From Lama glama (taxonomy: Eukaryota), in assembly GCA_028534125.1 (NCBI GenBank), contig CM052817.1, forward strand, positions 50,284,001 through 50,348,000: a stretch of DNA of 64,000 nucleotides, written 5' to 3'. Below the pieces are notes generated by a model. That model did not search any database, was not told the DNA's origin, and worked only from the letters and a program-made list of their open reading frames with translations. The translations under genes were made by a program, and so were the position numbers. Shown in pieces: positions 1 to 12,870 of this stretch. The stretch's first letter is position 1. Each line of letters starts with the position of its first letter.

Positions 1-74
1 TGGCTTTAGGATTATAATTCTACCAAGCCAACCAAGAATAGATTGACACCTAGAAGAACAAACTCACTCAGAAG

Positions 75-357
75 TAGCCGAATCTTATTCTCAACGTGTT
101 TTCCTTGCCTCACAAAGCATTATTTATTTATTTAAAAAATTTAGCCAACTTGAAAGACAATAGATGAATTCTTTTAATACTATGGATTTTTTTGTTTTCT
201 TAAAAAGTTTGTATCTTTGGTTCAATTGGGCTCACATTTCCAAATGGTAACTTTTGACTAGAGTGGAGTATTAATTGTCCCCTTTCTCTGATTTATCAAA
301 GCTTCCATTACTCATACAGTGTCTGCATTGCCAGTTATGTGCAGTCTACTTCAGCCA
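75..357 (-). mobile_element. MER102-like hAT-Charlie DNA transposon remnant, split by the L1 at 369-1627 (resumes ~1628-1670)
   Basis: Degenerate match to recalled MER102 reverse strand (gggctcacatttccaaatggtaac...gtcccctt); after the L1 the text ctgtaggcacttgggattgtaacc resembles the MER102 terminus. Confidence 0.55.
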
Positions 358-368
358 TTATTATTTCT

Positions 369-1627
369 TTTTTTTTATTTGAGGTAGAGTCTGTTTACAA
401 TGTTGTGTTAATTTCTAGAGTACAGCATAGTGATTCAGGTATACATATTATATATTCCTTTTCATATTCTTTTTATTATAGGTTATCACCAGGTATTGAA
501 TATAGTTCCCTGTGCTATATAGTAGGACTTTTCTGTTTATCTATTTTATATATAGTAGTTAGTATCTGCAAATCTCAAACTTCCAATGTATCTCTCCACC
601 TGTACCTCTTTCCACCCTGGTAACCATAAGTTTGTTTTCTATGTCAGTGAGTCTGTTTCTGTTTTGTAAATAAGCACATTTGTCTCTCTCTCTCTTCATT
701 TTTTTTTTTTAGATTCCACATTAAGTGATATCATATGGTATTTTTCTTTCTCTTTCTGGCTTACTTCATTTAGTGTGATAATCTCCATGTCTATCCATGT
801 TGCTGCAAATGACATTATTTTATTCTTTTTTATGGCTGAATAGTATACCATGGTATATGTACTATATCTTCTTTATCCAGTCACCTGTTGATGGACATTT
901 AGGTTGTTTCCATGACTTGGCTATTGTAAATAGTGCTGCTATGAACATTGGGGTGCATGTATCTTTTCAAATTAGAGCTTCCTCCAGATATATGCCCAGG
1001 GGTGAGATTGCTAGATCATATGGTAAGTCTACTTTAAGTTTTTTAAAGAAAACTCCATACTGTTTTCCATAATGGTTGCACCAAACTACATTCCCATCAA
1101 CAGTGTAGGAGGGTTCCCTCTCCATTTATTGTTTATGGACTTTTTAATGATGGCCATTTTGACTGGTGTGACTCATTGTGGTTGTGATTAGCATTTCTCT
1201 AATAATTAGTGATACTGAGCATTTTTTCATGTGCTTATTGGCTATCTGTGTGTCTTCAGTGGAGAAATGTTTGTTTACGTCTTCTGTCCACTTTTGGATT
1301 GGGTTGTTCTTTTGTTGTTGTTGTTATTGAGTTGTATGAGCTGTTTATATATTCTGGAAATTAAGCAATTGTCTGTCACATCATTTGCAAATATTTTCTC
1401 CCATCCTGTAGATTGCCTTTTCATTTTGTTTATAGTTTTCTTTGTGGTGCAAAAGCTTTTAAGTTTAACTAGGTCTCATTTGTTTATTTTTACTTTTATT
1501 TCTGTTGCCTAGGTAGACTGCCCTAGGAGAACATTGCTAAGATATGTGTCAGAAAATGTTTTGCCTGTATTTTCTTCTAGTAGGTTTACAGTGTCTTGAG
1601 TTTGTTTTTGTGTATGTTATGTACTCT
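369..1627 (-). mobile_element. 5'-truncated L1 (cetartiodactyl-type 3' UTR plus end of ORF2)
   Basis: T-tract followed by antisense L1 3' UTR and ORF2 text (tgatggacatttaggttgtttcc, attagtgatactgagcatttttt); perfect 11-bp TSD ttattatttct at 358-368 and 1628-1638. Confidence 0.95.
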
Positions 1628-1709
1628 TTATTATTTCTGTGACTTCTGTAGGCACTTGGGATTGTAACCATTTTTCTCCCTAAACCTTTATTTATGTAAT
1701 AAAAAGAAT

Positions 1710-1855
1710 ATTTGGAGTTAAGATAGACAGGTATCCAAATCTTGGTTCTGTTCTTTATTAGCAGGGAATCTTGGAAATTATTTTACTTTTTGTAATTCAG
1801 TTAGGGTCCCTAATACAATGCCTGGATGTAGAAAGTATTGATTACTAGATAAGTG
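1710..1855 (+). mobile_element. Degraded MIR fragments
   Basis: tttggagttaagatagacagg...ccaaatcttggttctg resembles MIR 5'/core; tacaatgcctgg resembles the MIR/L2 tail. Confidence 0.4.
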
Positions 1856-2393
1856 GTTTTCCTACCTCTACTACTACAACTACTGTTACTGTTACCATGA
1901 CCATAACTACTATTATTCTCTAAGTTCTCCAGATCCTCAGCAGAGGAGTGCTACCCTAATGATCCTCAATGTTCTCTCTTCCTGGGAGTTGGGGCTGTCT
2001 GTGAGAGGGGACCAGGGTTTTGACTCTTGCTGAGCTCAGCAGAGCTATCAGCCTGGCCATTCTTGAACTTGTAGTTAATGCCCTGTGCCGACTTTTAGAT
2101 GCCTGTCTTCAAAGATAAAAGGTGGCACCTGTCATGTTCCTTCCAAATTTTCTCACTTGGTCATAGAGAATCTTGTGCATATTAGACTTCTCAGCTCTGA
2201 ATAGCTATCAGGACCTCTCTGAATCTTTGAGGTTAGCACATATTCAGGCTGAGAAAATCCTCTGCTCATACCCATCCCAGAGCAAATTGTAGCTGCAGAG
2301 TGAACTAACTTGTCTCTATGTTTTCAAAGGGAATCCTTGAAATGATTATTTATAAATATAGTTTCTCAGTTTTACAAAGATTATCTTTGGTCT

Positions 2394-2798
2394 TGTAGCG
2401 GACCTCCCTGACCCCTCTTCAGGACTGAAGAACATTTCTTCCAGCTGCTGGGAGTGCTGCTGTCTGATAGATCTCTGCTGGTAATGGTCCTCAGCTAAAG
2501 AGAGCTACCTTGTTCAAAGTATGCCTCCTTCACAGGGACAACTGATACCCAAGTCAGATTCTGTTGGGGAAGCAAAGGCCTCTCTCCCTCTCCCCAGCTA
2601 GAGGCAACTTCTAAGGGCCATCTTAGCTTCAGAGCTCCTGTGGTTTCAGCTGAGCCCTTGTTGAGAATGTCCTGCAGCCCAGCCCCTCCCTCTTCCTTTC
2701 CTTCCCCTCCAGATGGTAATATCTAGAGCACTCCCTAGGAAACTCCCTGTGGGCTAATCCCTGTCTCAGAGTCTACTACCCAGGAAATCTAAGTAACA
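2394..2798 (+). mobile_element. LTR16A-like ERVL solo LTR
   Basis: Starts tgtag, ends aaca; characteristic 3' part gagcactccct...aaactccctgt...ctgtctcagagtctactacccaggaa. Confidence 0.75.
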
Positions 2799-3769
2799 GC
2801 AATTGTTAATGCTTGAGTCCTAATTGAATGTGTGAATTAACCTAGGTTGTGTACATTCTGAGTATGCATATAATCTGGAGAGTTGAACAGGTATTTCCTG
2901 GTTGAAATAATTCCATAGTGATTGTAGAAAGAGGACAGAACACTAATATATGATAAATATTATATAAAATATATGATAAAATATAACTCAATAAACTAGA
3001 GCTATAGATGACAGTTTCTAAATAAATGAGATTATATTTTTTATAGAACATCTACATCTATGAAATACTCTGTTAAACTGATTTTGTTTGTGTTGATAAA
3101 ATTCTATTATTATAACAGTGAAAAAAAATAGTAACTTTTAAAACATAAGTTGAACTCTTTGGGTTTATATCTGAATCTTTCATTAAAATTTTCAGGGAAA
3201 TCTGCCCTGGGTATTTTGTTCCCTAACATTTATGTTGAATGTGTTTTCCAGAAAATACAGTGAAAAGAAGACAGAAGAGAACTTGCTCACTCTCCCCTTC
3301 CTTGCTGTATTAGGACACAGTGAGAAGTTGTTTTTCACCTTATTGAGATCTTTCATTGCCAATTTATTGTCTGTGAATGAATTGCTTTTTGCTTGAAGAA
3401 TCAGAACTTTCTTCATTCAAAATAGAAACTAAATATGATTTAATAGGGTTTTAGTTTTAGTTTCTTAATAGAAAAGGATATTAGATATAATAATGTCTTT
3501 CTTAATAGGAGGTAATGAGCAACTTTGTGGACTTTGTTAGCAAAATTTCATTAGTGTAGTATTATTAGTTTTGTGAGAAGGGAATACTCCACTTATTTGA
3601 GTAACACCAGGGTTATATTTCCTGGAAATGTGGGCTTTATTATAAATGACATTATTTGAAATAATTATCCATACCAACAATGTTGCCAGTGGGAATTAAG
3701 TTCCAAGAGAAACTCACTTTTATTATATCATAAAATTTTATGTTCTAACTGTGATAATGACCTCCTGCT

Positions 3770-5431
3770 CACTCTCTATTCAAACTTCCAATGCCATCTC
3801 CTCTTCCTTACTCAGAAAGCAACTAATCCATATCTCGTCCAACAAATTTCCAAAACATACCTGGAATATGAACCCATACCTTGACTTTCCTCTTGTTGGG
3901 TTCAGGGACTTCTCTCTTACTGCATGTGGGCAACCTCACTGCCTCGGCACAGCATTTCACTAACTCTTGCATACGTAAGGTTTTTGGTAGTTATTGTCTG
4001 TTTCTCTCCTGCTTAATCAGTTTCTCTTCTGAATAATTCTCATCTGCACGTAAACTTGCTATTATCTTGCATTAAGGAAATCCTCCCTTGATCCGTAGTC
4101 CTTCTTCAGCTGCTGCCATGCTTCTCTGTTCTCTTTTAAAGCAAAACTCTTTGAAAGAATTGTCTCTACTTGCATTCTTCACTTTTTCATCTCCAATTCT
4201 CTCTTTAACCTATTCCAATTAGTCTTTTGTCTCTACTAAAACTCCACTAAAAATGGATGTTAACAGTCAACTTTCATCTTGTCAAGTCAGATGATCCGTT
4301 TTCTATCCTCTTCCTACTTAAAGTCTCAGCAGAATGTGACATGTTCAAATACATTTCTTCTAATGAATTTGTAGAGCCACACTCTCCTGGAATTTCTTTC
4401 TACTGCTTTGCCAGCGTTTCCTAAATCTCCTTGGTGACTATTCCTCCTGCTGCCTGTCTTTAAATGTGCAATGTCAGAGTTCAGCTATTGGTCTCTTCTT
4501 TCTCCACTGTCTCCTGAGTGATCTCATTCAGTTCCATAGCTTTTTTTTTGAATTATAGTCAGTTACAATGTATCAATTTCTGGTGTACAGCATAATGCCC
4601 CAGTCATACATATACATACATATATTCACTTTCATATTCTTTTTCATTAAAAGTTATTATAAGATATTGAATATAGTTCCCATAGCTTTTTAAATACTTC
4701 TCTGCTGATGACTTACAAATTACATGTTCATTCCTAACGTTTTCTCTGGTCTTTCCAACATCCAGCCTTAATGTGGATGTCTAGTAGGCATCTCAAACTT
4801 TACATGTGAAATTGAACTCTTAATTTTCACTTCATTACTTCTTTTCTTGTCTAATCAGTCTCAATAAATTATGTATGTACTTGAAGTCAAAACTTTAGAG
4901 TAAGTCTTCATTCCTCAGTCTTCATCTCTTTCTCTTTTACTTCAGACGTCTATTCTGTCAACTAGTCCTGTTGGCTTTACCTTCAAGAATCCCACCACCT
5001 CTGATCATTTCCACCACTACTAAACTAAAACTAATATTTTCCACTTAGACTTTCCAAGAGCCTCCAATCTAGGATACTTTCACTTTTGTCCCTTCACTCA
5101 ATTCTCCCTGGAGCAGCAGGAATGATTTTCTTCTAGACATAAATTAGATCAAATAATTTTCTTCCTCAAAACCCATCTATTTATTTGCATTGTGTTCAGA
5201 ATAATATCTGAATTCCTCATTGCTCTTGTAATATCATGTGATCTGGCTCCTGTCTGTCTCTCTAACTTCATTTCTATCACTTTCTCACTTGCTCATTTTG
5301 TATTAGCTCTACTGCCCTTGTTTCTCAAACACTCAAAGCTGGTTCTTGCTTCAGAGCATTTGCACTTACTGTGCTCTCCACCTGGAATATTTCCTCCATC
5401 TGGTCTTCACTCATTCATTCATTCAGGTCTC
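3770..5431 (+). mobile_element. L2 LINE remnant (ORF2 3' part and 3' region), interrupted by an L1 stub
   Basis: Typical L2 text: aagcaaaactctttgaaagaattgtctctact, ggatgtctagtaggcatctcaaactt, cagagcatttgcacttactgtgctctcc. Confidence 0.8.
4541..4679 (-). mobile_element. L1 3'-end stub (~140 bp)
   Basis: T-tract plus L1 3' UTR terminus (ggtgtacagcataatg...aagatattgaatatagttcc); duplicated ccatagc(tttt) at 4534 and 4680. Confidence 0.9.
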
Positions 5432-5794
5432 TGCTGCGTACTGAATTCTGTTCCTACCACCCACCCCACAAAGTTCATATGCTGAAGCTCTAACCCTTCA
5501 GTGTGAGGGTATTTGGAGATGGGGCCCTTAGCACATAATTAGTTTTAGATGAAATCATGAAGATATGGTTCTTATGATGGGATTAGTGCCCTTATAAGAA
5601 GAGAAACTGGAAGCTTCCTCACTGTCTCTCCCCACCACATTAGGACACAGTGAGAAGGTGAAAATCTACAAGCCAGGGAATGAGCTTTCATCAGAAACTG
5701 ACCACGCTGGCACTCTAATCTTGGATGTCCAGCCTCCAAACTATGAGAAAACAGTTCTCATTTTCTTAAACACCTCATCTATGGTATTTTGTTA
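5432..5794 (+). mobile_element. MLT1A-like MaLR solo LTR, terminal ~20 bp missing
   Basis: ttcatatgctgaagctctaaccc, gattagtgcccttataagaagaga, ccagcctcca...atggtattttgtta. Confidence 0.85.
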
Positions 5795-6984
5795 GGGTAC
5801 TCTCCAGGTAATGTTAAAAAAAAAATTAGGACAAAAATCCATAACAATGTCACATTAAAAAAATTTATAATGGTTTAGTTCTAATATTTCTGTTGGGTCC
5901 CTCATCAACCCTCAACAGTCTGTTAAAACTGAAGCCTCATACTTTTTATACCTGAGAGGTTCACTTGTGTTATTATAACATACACAGAAATGTTAACAAT
6001 TGAACAAATTCTGTGTTCAATCACTCATTATTCACACATCAAGTTTTTGCAAACATAAGTGTTCAATTGTTAATATTCCTATTTAAATTATAATGACAAT
6101 ATAATTCTGTATAGTAGTTCTATAACTATGTAACAGCAGACCATCATATTTCTAATTAAAAATACTTTATCATTTTAAGCTCAATGTGATTGTGAAATTT
6201 GTGTATTTTTCAAATACTTCATTAGTAAAATGCTAAATGTTTGAAAGTTCGCATTTGGAATTGCTTGCACATGGCATATTGATGAAATAAGTATGCACAA
6301 CAAAGCTCGAACATTCTGTGTTGAGTTTAGGTATAGACCTCTCATTGTCTGCCGTTCAAACACTTTTGACTTTGGTTTTTCAAAGACCATTTCTGAACGA
6401 GTTGTCCATTGAGAATGATTTAAAACGAAACAGAGCACAAACATTCCTTATTCACTTTTTTAGGTCTTCTTTCTCTTTCCTACATCTGTAGTTCTTTTCT
6501 ATGCATTCACTCTAATGACTTTTTCAAGAATAGTTCTCTAATTTGCCAGCTTCCTCTGGATGTCAGATGTAGGAAGCAGTTTCATTTTCTGGACACTTAC
6601 TTGGGACCAGAGGAGGCATGAGGAGCTTCAGTGGTATTCTAATGGCCATGGAGGCAGATAAACAACATCATTTATCTGGGGATAAATGCCATTAACTTTG
6701 TTCTCCTAAGACCACAGTCATTTGAGCAAAATCTCTATTTTAAAAGAAATAGAGGAGACAGGAAGTAAGGTATTAATTGAACTCCATATTTGGGGGACTT
6801 AGTTTTGTCTTTATGAGATTACGTATTAGTTGTCTCCCACTTTTAATTATTAGGGGTTCAGAAATGACACTCAGAAAGCATCCCATATAGGCATTTAAAA
6901 AAACTAGTTGCCTATTTGGGGAAACATTTGAATAATTGAAATTCTGCAATTATACACTCATTAGAGAGGTTCTGCACTCATTGT

Positions 6985-7215
6985 AAGAATCAGGATTTGA
7001 ACACTGGCCTGGTCATTTAGTAGCTGTATGACATCAAACAAATCACTCTGTTGTTAGGAACTTTAGTCTGTAAAATTAAGGTAATATCTGTTTCATTCAT
7101 TTATCCAACCAACATTTTTTGAATGTTTACCTCTGTGAAGAATAGATTTGTTGTGGGGACTAAATAAATCAGAAATGTAAAAGTACCTAATGCAATGCTT
7201 GGCATGTGAGAAATG
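6985..7215 (+). mobile_element. MIR SINE remnant
   Basis: tagctgtatgac...ctgtaaaattaagg...ttgttgtggggactaaataa...aatgcttggcatgt follows MIR core/tail order. Confidence 0.6.
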
Positions 7216-7998
7216 ATATATATTTGCGTGGTGTTAGCATATTAAAAATGTTCAACATTTAACTAATAATTGTCTTATTAAGAGTCTTATTCTGTGACTG
7301 AAATGTACCTGGACAGTCCAGGGACCCCAGGAGTTCCGAGTAACAAAACTAAAAATACTCTTCTCAAAGGTGACTCAGCTACTGGCTTTATGTTAGATAC
7401 TATATGTTCTGTTACAGAAATATGCCTATTTTCTATTTATTCCATATTTTCTTCATTGTCTCCTTTTTTTAGGAACTGAGGCCCTCCAAAAAGTTAAATT
7501 GTGATCCATCTGGCTTTTGGACTGGAAACAAAATCCTCTTTCTGAACTTCAGCCCAATTCTACTCTTTCTGCTTATCTTATGATATTGTACAGAGATGTG
7601 CTAGCTATGGATAGGTAAAAACTGAAATATACTCATTGCTGCAAAAAGAATGAACAGCTCCAGATAAAATATGCATAGATTTCTTATAGTTTGCAATCGG
7701 TCAAATTTCAATTGTTTTGAAGGCTGTCAGAATCATGTTAATATTCAGTTGATTAGCTCCAATGGCTGTTAACTGAATGCTCAATTGACCCTATAAGGAT
7801 CAGGAAAGGTTGAATCAGAGGATAGAAAACCTGACACCTTCTGTATCTGATTTTCAGAGCTAAATCTTTATGATCACTTTTCTTTAAGCTGAGATTTTTT
7901 TTTTTAAATCTGAGATTCAGGTAGCATTTGCCAGGTTGTTTTATCTATGACAATATTTTAATAATATGGATAAAATCATTGTTTCATTCCATGTAGGC

Positions 7999-8299
7999 TT
8001 TTTAATTTTAAATTTTTATTTTTATTTTTTATTCACATATAGTTGATTTACCATGTTGTGTTAGTTTCTCGTGTACAGCAAAGTGATTCAGTTATAAACA
8101 CATATACATATATTCTTTCATATTTATTCCCATTATGGTTTATTACAAGATATTGAATATAGTTCCCTGTGCAATACAATAGGACCCTGTTTGTTTTAAA
8201 TGTAGTAGTTTGTATCTGCTAATCCCAAACTCCTAACTTATCCCTCCCTCACCCCCTTTTCCCTTTGGTAACCATAAGTTTGTTTTCAATGCCCATGAG
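7999..8299 (-). mobile_element. L1 3'-end fragment (older cetartiodactyl type)
   Basis: tatagttgatttaccatgttgtgttagtttc...gtacagcaaagtgattcag...ggtaaccataagtttgttttc. Confidence 0.9.
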
Positions 8300-8699
8300 G
8301 TTTTAAAGTGATAAAATTCTGAGGCTTAAACAGCAAGCAAGAAACTGGTTATAGAACATACAGGTTTATCTGTCATTTCTCTGTTCTTTTGGAGTGATGT
8401 TCAAAAGGCTTCCTAAGTTATTGCCCCACTTCTTCCTTTGAAATCAGTTGGAATTTGGTCTAAAAACAATGGTCAACCTATGTGGATAAAAAGGAATTTA
8501 TAGATCATCTGAGGATATAATGCTTCCACATTCCCCATTATCTTGTCTATTAGTTGACTCTAATTGATTGATACTCCCTGAGCAATCTCATGCAATTACC
8601 AGGTAGTCATATTTCACAGTTACATATATATTTCTTACCAGGAATCTTAAAATTGTAACAATTGCTATTTTAATCACAAGATTGCATTGGGAGTTAAGA

Positions 8700-8890
8700 T
8701 TTTCTCCACTAAGCTTACTCAGTGCTCCCAGGCTGGTCACTTTTGCCCCATTTTTTTCATTTGTAAACCAGGGATAATCCCACATGCCTACTCACCAAGC
8801 ATGTGGTGAGGATTAATTAGGTAAATATCAGCAGAGCTCTCTGAGCTCCTTAGGATTGAGGTGTTTATCCATCCGAGGTATTATTCTCAT
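8700..8890 (+). mobile_element. MIR3/ancient MIR-type SINE remnant
   Basis: catttgtaaaccagggataat...gtgaggattaattagg...ctgagctccttagg...gtattatt resembles the MIR3-type core and tail. Confidence 0.55.
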
Positions 8891-9941
8891 TAGCATTATC
8901 ATGCCATTTCACTTGGATCATAAATAAAACTCATAGCTGTTAAAGATGGAAAACATTTTGTTGGCTTGCCAAATCCCACCCTACAACCTCTCTAAGTAGC
9001 AGGGCAAGGCCGAGTGAGTCCCTTGACAGAAGACATATAATAGATTAAGCTGATGCTTCACTTGATCATAGCCAAAAGGTTTGTGTTAATGAGCTTAATA
9101 GTATTTACTTGGTGGGTGTCCAGAACAGCTGTCCTTTTTTGTTGCAGGTGCCAGAACCAAAGCCAAAGCCAGTCTGGATTTAGCAAATCCAATTACTTCT
9201 CAGGATTTGCTCCCCTCTAAGACAGCACTTATCATAATCACTCGTTGATAACAGACACTCTGTTAAGTTGATACTAGCTTCCCATAACCAGATTCAGGGA
9301 TCCATTTTCTTTCTCAAAAACACTATTTTAACTTTATGTAATAAGGCTTATCAGACATGTTTTACATGTAGAGTGAGAGTTTGGCTTTGGTGATGATAAC
9401 ACCAAACAACTCATTCCAGATTCTTTTGATTTGATAACGCCCCTACAAGAATTGCATGTTAATTGTTTCAGAGCTCACAAAGACATTTCTTGATTAATTT
9501 TTTTCTTGTCTGTAGGAGCAAAAAGGGAATTCAGATGACAACCTAATTAAAAACGAAAATGGATCATCACACAAGTAGCTTATTATGAGATGTAAAACCC
9601 CATGAAAAACGAATATAATCTTTCTCAAGCAGGGTAAGCTGTGCGTATGTTTTAATAATCCCAAACACCTGGATATTTCACAGCCAAATAGAAGGCAGAG
9701 ATGTAAGGTGAAAGTGACCTTGTAATGAGGAGGAATTCATGTATGGAAGGAGGATGCCTGAATGAGCAGACTAACTGGCGACTGAAATTAGAAAACCCTT
9801 CTAATCAGTGTGAGGTAAAAAAAAAAAAAGCATATATTGGCGGAGTGTCGGGAATGACATTGACGACCAATAGCTCTCAGGCTGCTCACGTGCAGGCAAG
9901 CCTGCTAAGGCACCTTTCTTAAAGAATTTATTATTCTATTT

Positions 9942-10270
9942 GTTTTTTTGTTTTGTTTGCTTTTTTGTTTTTTTTTATTGTTGTTTTACATTTTTTAATT
10001 GAGTTATAGTCATTTTACAATGTCAAATTCCAGTGTAGAGCACAATTTTTCAGTTATACATGAACATACATATATTCATTAACACATTTTTTTTCCCGCT
10101 GTGAGCTACCACAAGATCTTGTATATATTTCCCTGTGCTGTACAGTATAATCTTGTTTATCTATTCTACATTTTGAAATCCCAGTCTGTCCCTTCCCAGC
10201 CCTGCCCCCTTAGAAACCACAAGTTTGTATTCTATGTCTATGAGCCTGTTTCTGTTTTGTATTTATGTTT
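9942..10270 (-). mobile_element. L1 3'-end fragment, youngest-looking (camelid-like) subfamily
   Basis: Long patterned T tail then gagttatagtcattttacaa...gtgagctaccacaagatcttgtatatatttccctgtgc...accacaagtttgtattctatg. Confidence 0.9.
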
Positions 10271-10718
10271 ATTTATTTATTTACTTTTTGCAGGGAGAAA
10301 GAGCAGGGAGGTGTATGTGGTTTGGGAATGTGCAAATTCCATTTTATGTCTTGTTCTAGCTAGTGTACATTTTCTCTGCTAGCCATGTTCTTTTCTTCTC
10401 TAGGTGATCCAGCCTTGCTGTAGTGAGTTTGCCTAACTAGGCAAATGCTTCATCCATAAAAATTGTTACTGTTCTTTGATAAAAATCCCTCTGCCCACTT
10501 GTGGTACATGGGATATTTTGCTAATTGATTAGGCTGATTGCAGTTTTCACAAGAAAACACATTTTCAGCACATGAGAAGATTTTCTGTCTAAATCTTGAT
10601 GTTCCAAAGCTTTCTATTTAAAGTAATATCATTTTCCTAGGCAGTTTGACTCTTGAATTTCCTTTTTTCCTTTCCCTTCTCCTTGCCTTGGCCTCTAACT
10701 TTTTCATTTCCATGCTTA

Positions 10719-10900
10719 TAGGGATCATATGTCCCGGGCTTCCAAGAACTGTCCCAATTTCTCCTTGCAGTTTCACAAATCACTGAATTGTCCTAAGCAT
10801 CCAAATAACATTTGCTGTACTGCCTACCCCATCACGAAGCTGTACAAAATTCTTGAGTCAGGTGTGCTCTGATTTGGTTTACAAGGAAAATATAGTCTCT
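10719..10900. mobile_element. MER94-like hAT-Blackjack MITE remnant
   Basis: Left end tagggatcatatgtcccggg...ctgtcccaattt resembles the Blackjack TIR; right end aaaatatagtctct is a degenerate inverse. Confidence 0.45.
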
Positions 10901-12759
10901 GTGCCTGCGTAAGCCATGAGTTTGAAAACTTAAGTAAATCCACCTGCTTGTAGACTGATGAATGCTTTACTTCAGCCAGTAAGTATGTTTCAGCAATATA
11001 AGAATAAGTTTTGTACAGCAGTATCTTCAATTAGGCCTTTAAAATGCTGTATCCTGGTATGACCCAAATTTCTACCCTTCCAGTAATTAACTCTGTTAAT
11101 ATTTGTTGTCCACCCAGACTCTCTCTCCTTTCTTGGCCACAGTGTTTGAAGTTCCTAGAATAAAGAGATCAAAAAGTGAGCTGAACAGGCCATGTCTTAA
11201 CAGGCCATGTCTTAACACAGTCACCTCAAAGATTAATTTTTTTCCTAAAAATACCAGTAAGAAAAATTTGAAGGAGAGTAAATACCATTAAGTTTACATT
11301 CTATCTCTTACTGACAAAGTCAGAGCCATTAAAAAAATCTTCAGCATTTTCCTATAAATTTTTGTATGCAAAGTCTAGTCAAAATCAAACTGATTGCTCT
11401 TCATTTGATCAGATTTTTAATCTCACATCTAGAGAATTATTTATTCAATGAGGTGAAAATATCAAAAAAAATCTGAGCATGGAGGAAACTCTCAATGGAA
11501 TTTGCTGACAAAAAGTAGGGAAAGGTAGAGTCATGATTTGGTGAATAGGGACCTCCATCCTCTATTCGTATGCCCTCCACCCCACACCAACTGTGTTCTC
11601 TATTTAGCAAGCAGTGTTTTATTTTTAAGGATCCAGATAAATGGAGGGCACACTGCCAACAGGTGAGAACTTTGCCAACTTTGCTCATATGTCTTTAATA
11701 AACTTTTGTTGACCTGCTTCCATATGCCAGTTATTGTGTTCTTTTTGGAAGGCAGAATTTGTGAAGAAGGCTACTTCAAAAAAGATCAAAATGTTCTAGG
11801 CATTTGATGGAAGCTTTTGCCATCTTTTAATGCCTGGCAGCTGAGTTTGGCAAATTGATATATATTTTTTCCATTCCTATCTATGGTACTCTCTTCTGTG
11901 AAGTGGAGTGATTTTTTGACTATATATTACACTGCATTCCTTTTTGAATTAATTTATTTATGAAATTTACCCTAGCACAGCCTCTTGTTTCCACCTCACC
12001 TGGACTGCCATATACATTCAAATTTCCCTGAATATTTCTGGCTTTTTCATAGCACTTAAAAAGTTTAGCAGCCTATAGGTAATAGTAGAAAACAGACTTA
12101 ATTCCTGGTGAAGTATTTCTGGGTGCAATCAGTTCTGCCCTGGATTGTATATTATTTTCTTTCTTTTTTTTTTTTTTTTAAATGCCAGAACAGTTTAAAC
12201 TTTGTGTTATCTTAGTGCCAGAGAAGAAGCGAGTAATTTCAACTGTGGGGAGGAATAATCAAATATCCCACACTGGATATGAAAACCATATCTGAAATAA
12301 ATAATGAGCTGGACCCTAAAAGAAGACAAAGGCTTAGGAACCATGGCATTGGGGTTTGAGGGGTCTATAGGACACAGATTATGGAATTCTCTTATTATAT
12401 TATCACCTCATAATTTCTACACAAATGCTCATAAATACATTAAAGATAAATTGCCAAGAAAACAATACCACATATTTAAGGAACCATGTTTGTTATACTG
12501 TTACTCTTAAATCCATTTTATGTTCTGTGGCATTCAATATTCATCTCCCACACTGGAGAATTCCAAAGTTGAGAGATGCAGTGATTGGTATAATTGCATG
12601 ATCCCCAACTTAAAAAAAAATTAATCCTTCTGTAGATGCTATCTCTCTGACAAACTATCTTTAAAAAGTAATCACTAATCTGTAGTCTCCATATTTTTAT
12701 CATAAATAAAATATCAAACTGCCAATCAGAGCTTCTGATCAATATTAATAGCCGAATTG

Positions 12760-12870
12760 AATAAGTAATTTATCAATTGTCTGTCTCATGTCAGGCACTG
12801 AGCATATAAAGGTAAAGAAAGCACAGTCCTGGCCTCCAAGGAGCTTAGAGTCTAGTGGGAAAGATAAATC
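12760..12870 (-). mobile_element. L2 3'-end fragment
   Basis: atgtcaggcactg...cacagtcctggcctccaaggagcttagagtctagtggg. Confidence 0.75.

Noticed and set aside
339..1512. ORFs of 91-94 aa, and similar ones at 10101, 15241-15676, 26640, 33350, 48494, 48903
   Set aside because: They are antisense readings of L1 3' UTR/ORF2 giving Phe/Leu/Ile-rich junk, not genes.
9182..9211. 9-bp stem agcaaatcc/ggatttgct, and a 7-bp stem near 53573-53590
   Set aside because: Too short for a pre-miRNA or structured RNA; expected by chance.
11188..11212. Two p53-like half-sites (GGCCATGTCT) created by the 15-bp duplication
   Set aside because: Each deviates from RRRCWWGYYY and the spacer is 5 bp; too weak.
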